DNA of 64,000 nucleotides from an uncultured Actinomycetes bacterium (GTDB lineage Bacteria; Actinomycetota; Thermoleophilia; Gaiellales; JAICJC01): NCBI GenBank assembly GCA_963825325.1, contig CAWGSU010000005.1, positions 119,736 to 183,735 of the forward strand, read 5' to 3'. Shown piece by piece: positions 63,246 to 64,000 of this stretch (position 1 is its first letter; each line of letters starts with the position of its first letter). The notes under the pieces were generated by a model. It saw only the letters and a program-made list of their open reading frames with translations, ran no database searches and was not told where the DNA came from. The position numbers and the translations under genes were made by a program.

Positions 63246-64000
63246 ATGCTCGTCGCCGACAGGCTCGCGCGTCTCCTCCAGCGTGAGGGGGCGGAGTTCG
63301 TGGTCGGATTCCCCGAGAACCGGCTGCTCGACTCCGCCTCCGCGCTGGGCATGCGGCCGATCATCACTCGCACCGAGCGGGTGGCGGTCAACATCGCCGA
63401 CGGGTTCGCCCGCGCGAGCGACGGCGAGCGCATCGCCCCCTGCGTGACCCAGTACGGGCCCGGGGCCGAGGCGGCGTTCGCGGCGGTCGCACAGGCCTAT
63501 GGCGACCGGAGCCCGATCCTGCTCATCCCGGGCGAGCACGACTGCGCGAAGCAGGACTCGGCGCCGAATCTGCGCACCGAGCAGGCCTACCGCCCGGTGA
63601 CCCGCTTCGCCGCGACCGTGAACGACGCTCGGCGCGCGCCCGACGTGTTCCGGCGGGCGCTGCACGCGCTGCGCGTCGTCCGCGACGGCCCCGTCCTGGT
63701 GGCAGTCGCAAACGACGTCCTGAACGCGCCGGCCGGCGACGCCGACTGGGACATCGGCGGCTCGGCGCCGCGGCGCTCGCAGGCCGCCCCGGCCGACGTC
63801 GCCGAGACGGTGCGCATCCTCACCGAGGCGTCCGACCCGGTCATCCTGGCCGGGCAGGGGGTGCTCTACGCAGGCGCCTGCGCCGAGCTCGTGCGTCTGG
63901 CCGAGCGCACCGGCGTGCCGGTCGCGACCACCCTGAACGGCAAGAGCGCCTTTCCCGAGAACCACCCGCTCGCGCTCGGCACCGCCGCTCGCACGCGCCC
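63246..64000 (+). CDS. 3'-partial thiamine-pyrophosphate-dependent enzyme (ALS/decarboxylase family)
   Basis: MLVADRLARLLQREGAEFVVGFP...RTERVAVNIADGFAR...QYGPG; 'LAGQGV'; no stop before the window end, so absent from the ORF track. Confidence 0.88.
   Translation, partial: MLVADRLARLLQREGAEFVVGFPENRLLDSASALGMRPIITRTERVAVNIADGFARASDGERIAPCVTQYGPGAEAAFAAVAQAYGDRSPILLIPGEHDCAKQDSAPNLRTEQAYRPVTRFAATVNDARRAPDVFRRALHALRVVRDGPVLVAVANDVLNAPAGDADWDIGGSAPRRSQAAPADVAETVRILTEASDPVILAGQGVLYAGACAELVRLAERTGVPVATTLNGKSAFPENHPLALGTAARTR

Noticed and set aside
1-64000. CRISPR arrays, rRNA, tRNA, IS elements, integrases, prophage genes
   Set aside because: No regularly spaced repeats, cloverleaf or rRNA signatures, or transposase, integrase or phage structural motifs recognised; intergenic gaps are mostly too short. 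tRNAscan-SE and Infernal were not run.

Overview
High-GC actinobacterial chromosome segment (Thermoleophilia-like by gene content and style; inference) with about 61 CDS and no rRNA, tRNA, CRISPR array, transposase or integrase that I could recognise. Blocks: (1) 1-7139, an accessory locus with a partial TolB-like propeller, a zinc-ribbon/FHA/RRE-like/M50 protease, a protein carrying an NHLP-clan-like leader fused to NlpC/P60 and lysozyme-like domains, a Ser/Thr kinase, a PAAR-like protein and an orphan LuxR regulator; (2) 7151-16957, mixed metabolic genes, an HD-GYP protein beside an MshEN-GT2 glycosyltransferase, and a small head-to-head gene pair; (3) 16967-24379, a heme-enzyme island (catalase-related protein, DyP, alpha-dioxygenase-like heme peroxidase, two uncharacterised proteins, three DUF4267-like membrane paralogs); (4) glucokinase and a papain-like protein; (5) GntR, GcvT-family oxidase, ETF and a membrane Fe-S oxidoreductase; (6) divergent GGDEF-EAL genes, ArsR/SRPBCC, GNAT; (7) a myo-inositol-type catabolic cluster with ABC transporter; (8) a hydantoin/allantoin-type cluster with SDR, HisC-like aminotransferase, FrhB-like protein and a partial TPP enzyme. 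Best candidates for undescribed systems are the RRE-like/M50 plus leader-tagged peptidoglycan hydrolase module next to a PAAR-kinase operon, and the putative oxylipin heme cluster. All family calls come from motif recognition by eye; no database search was run.
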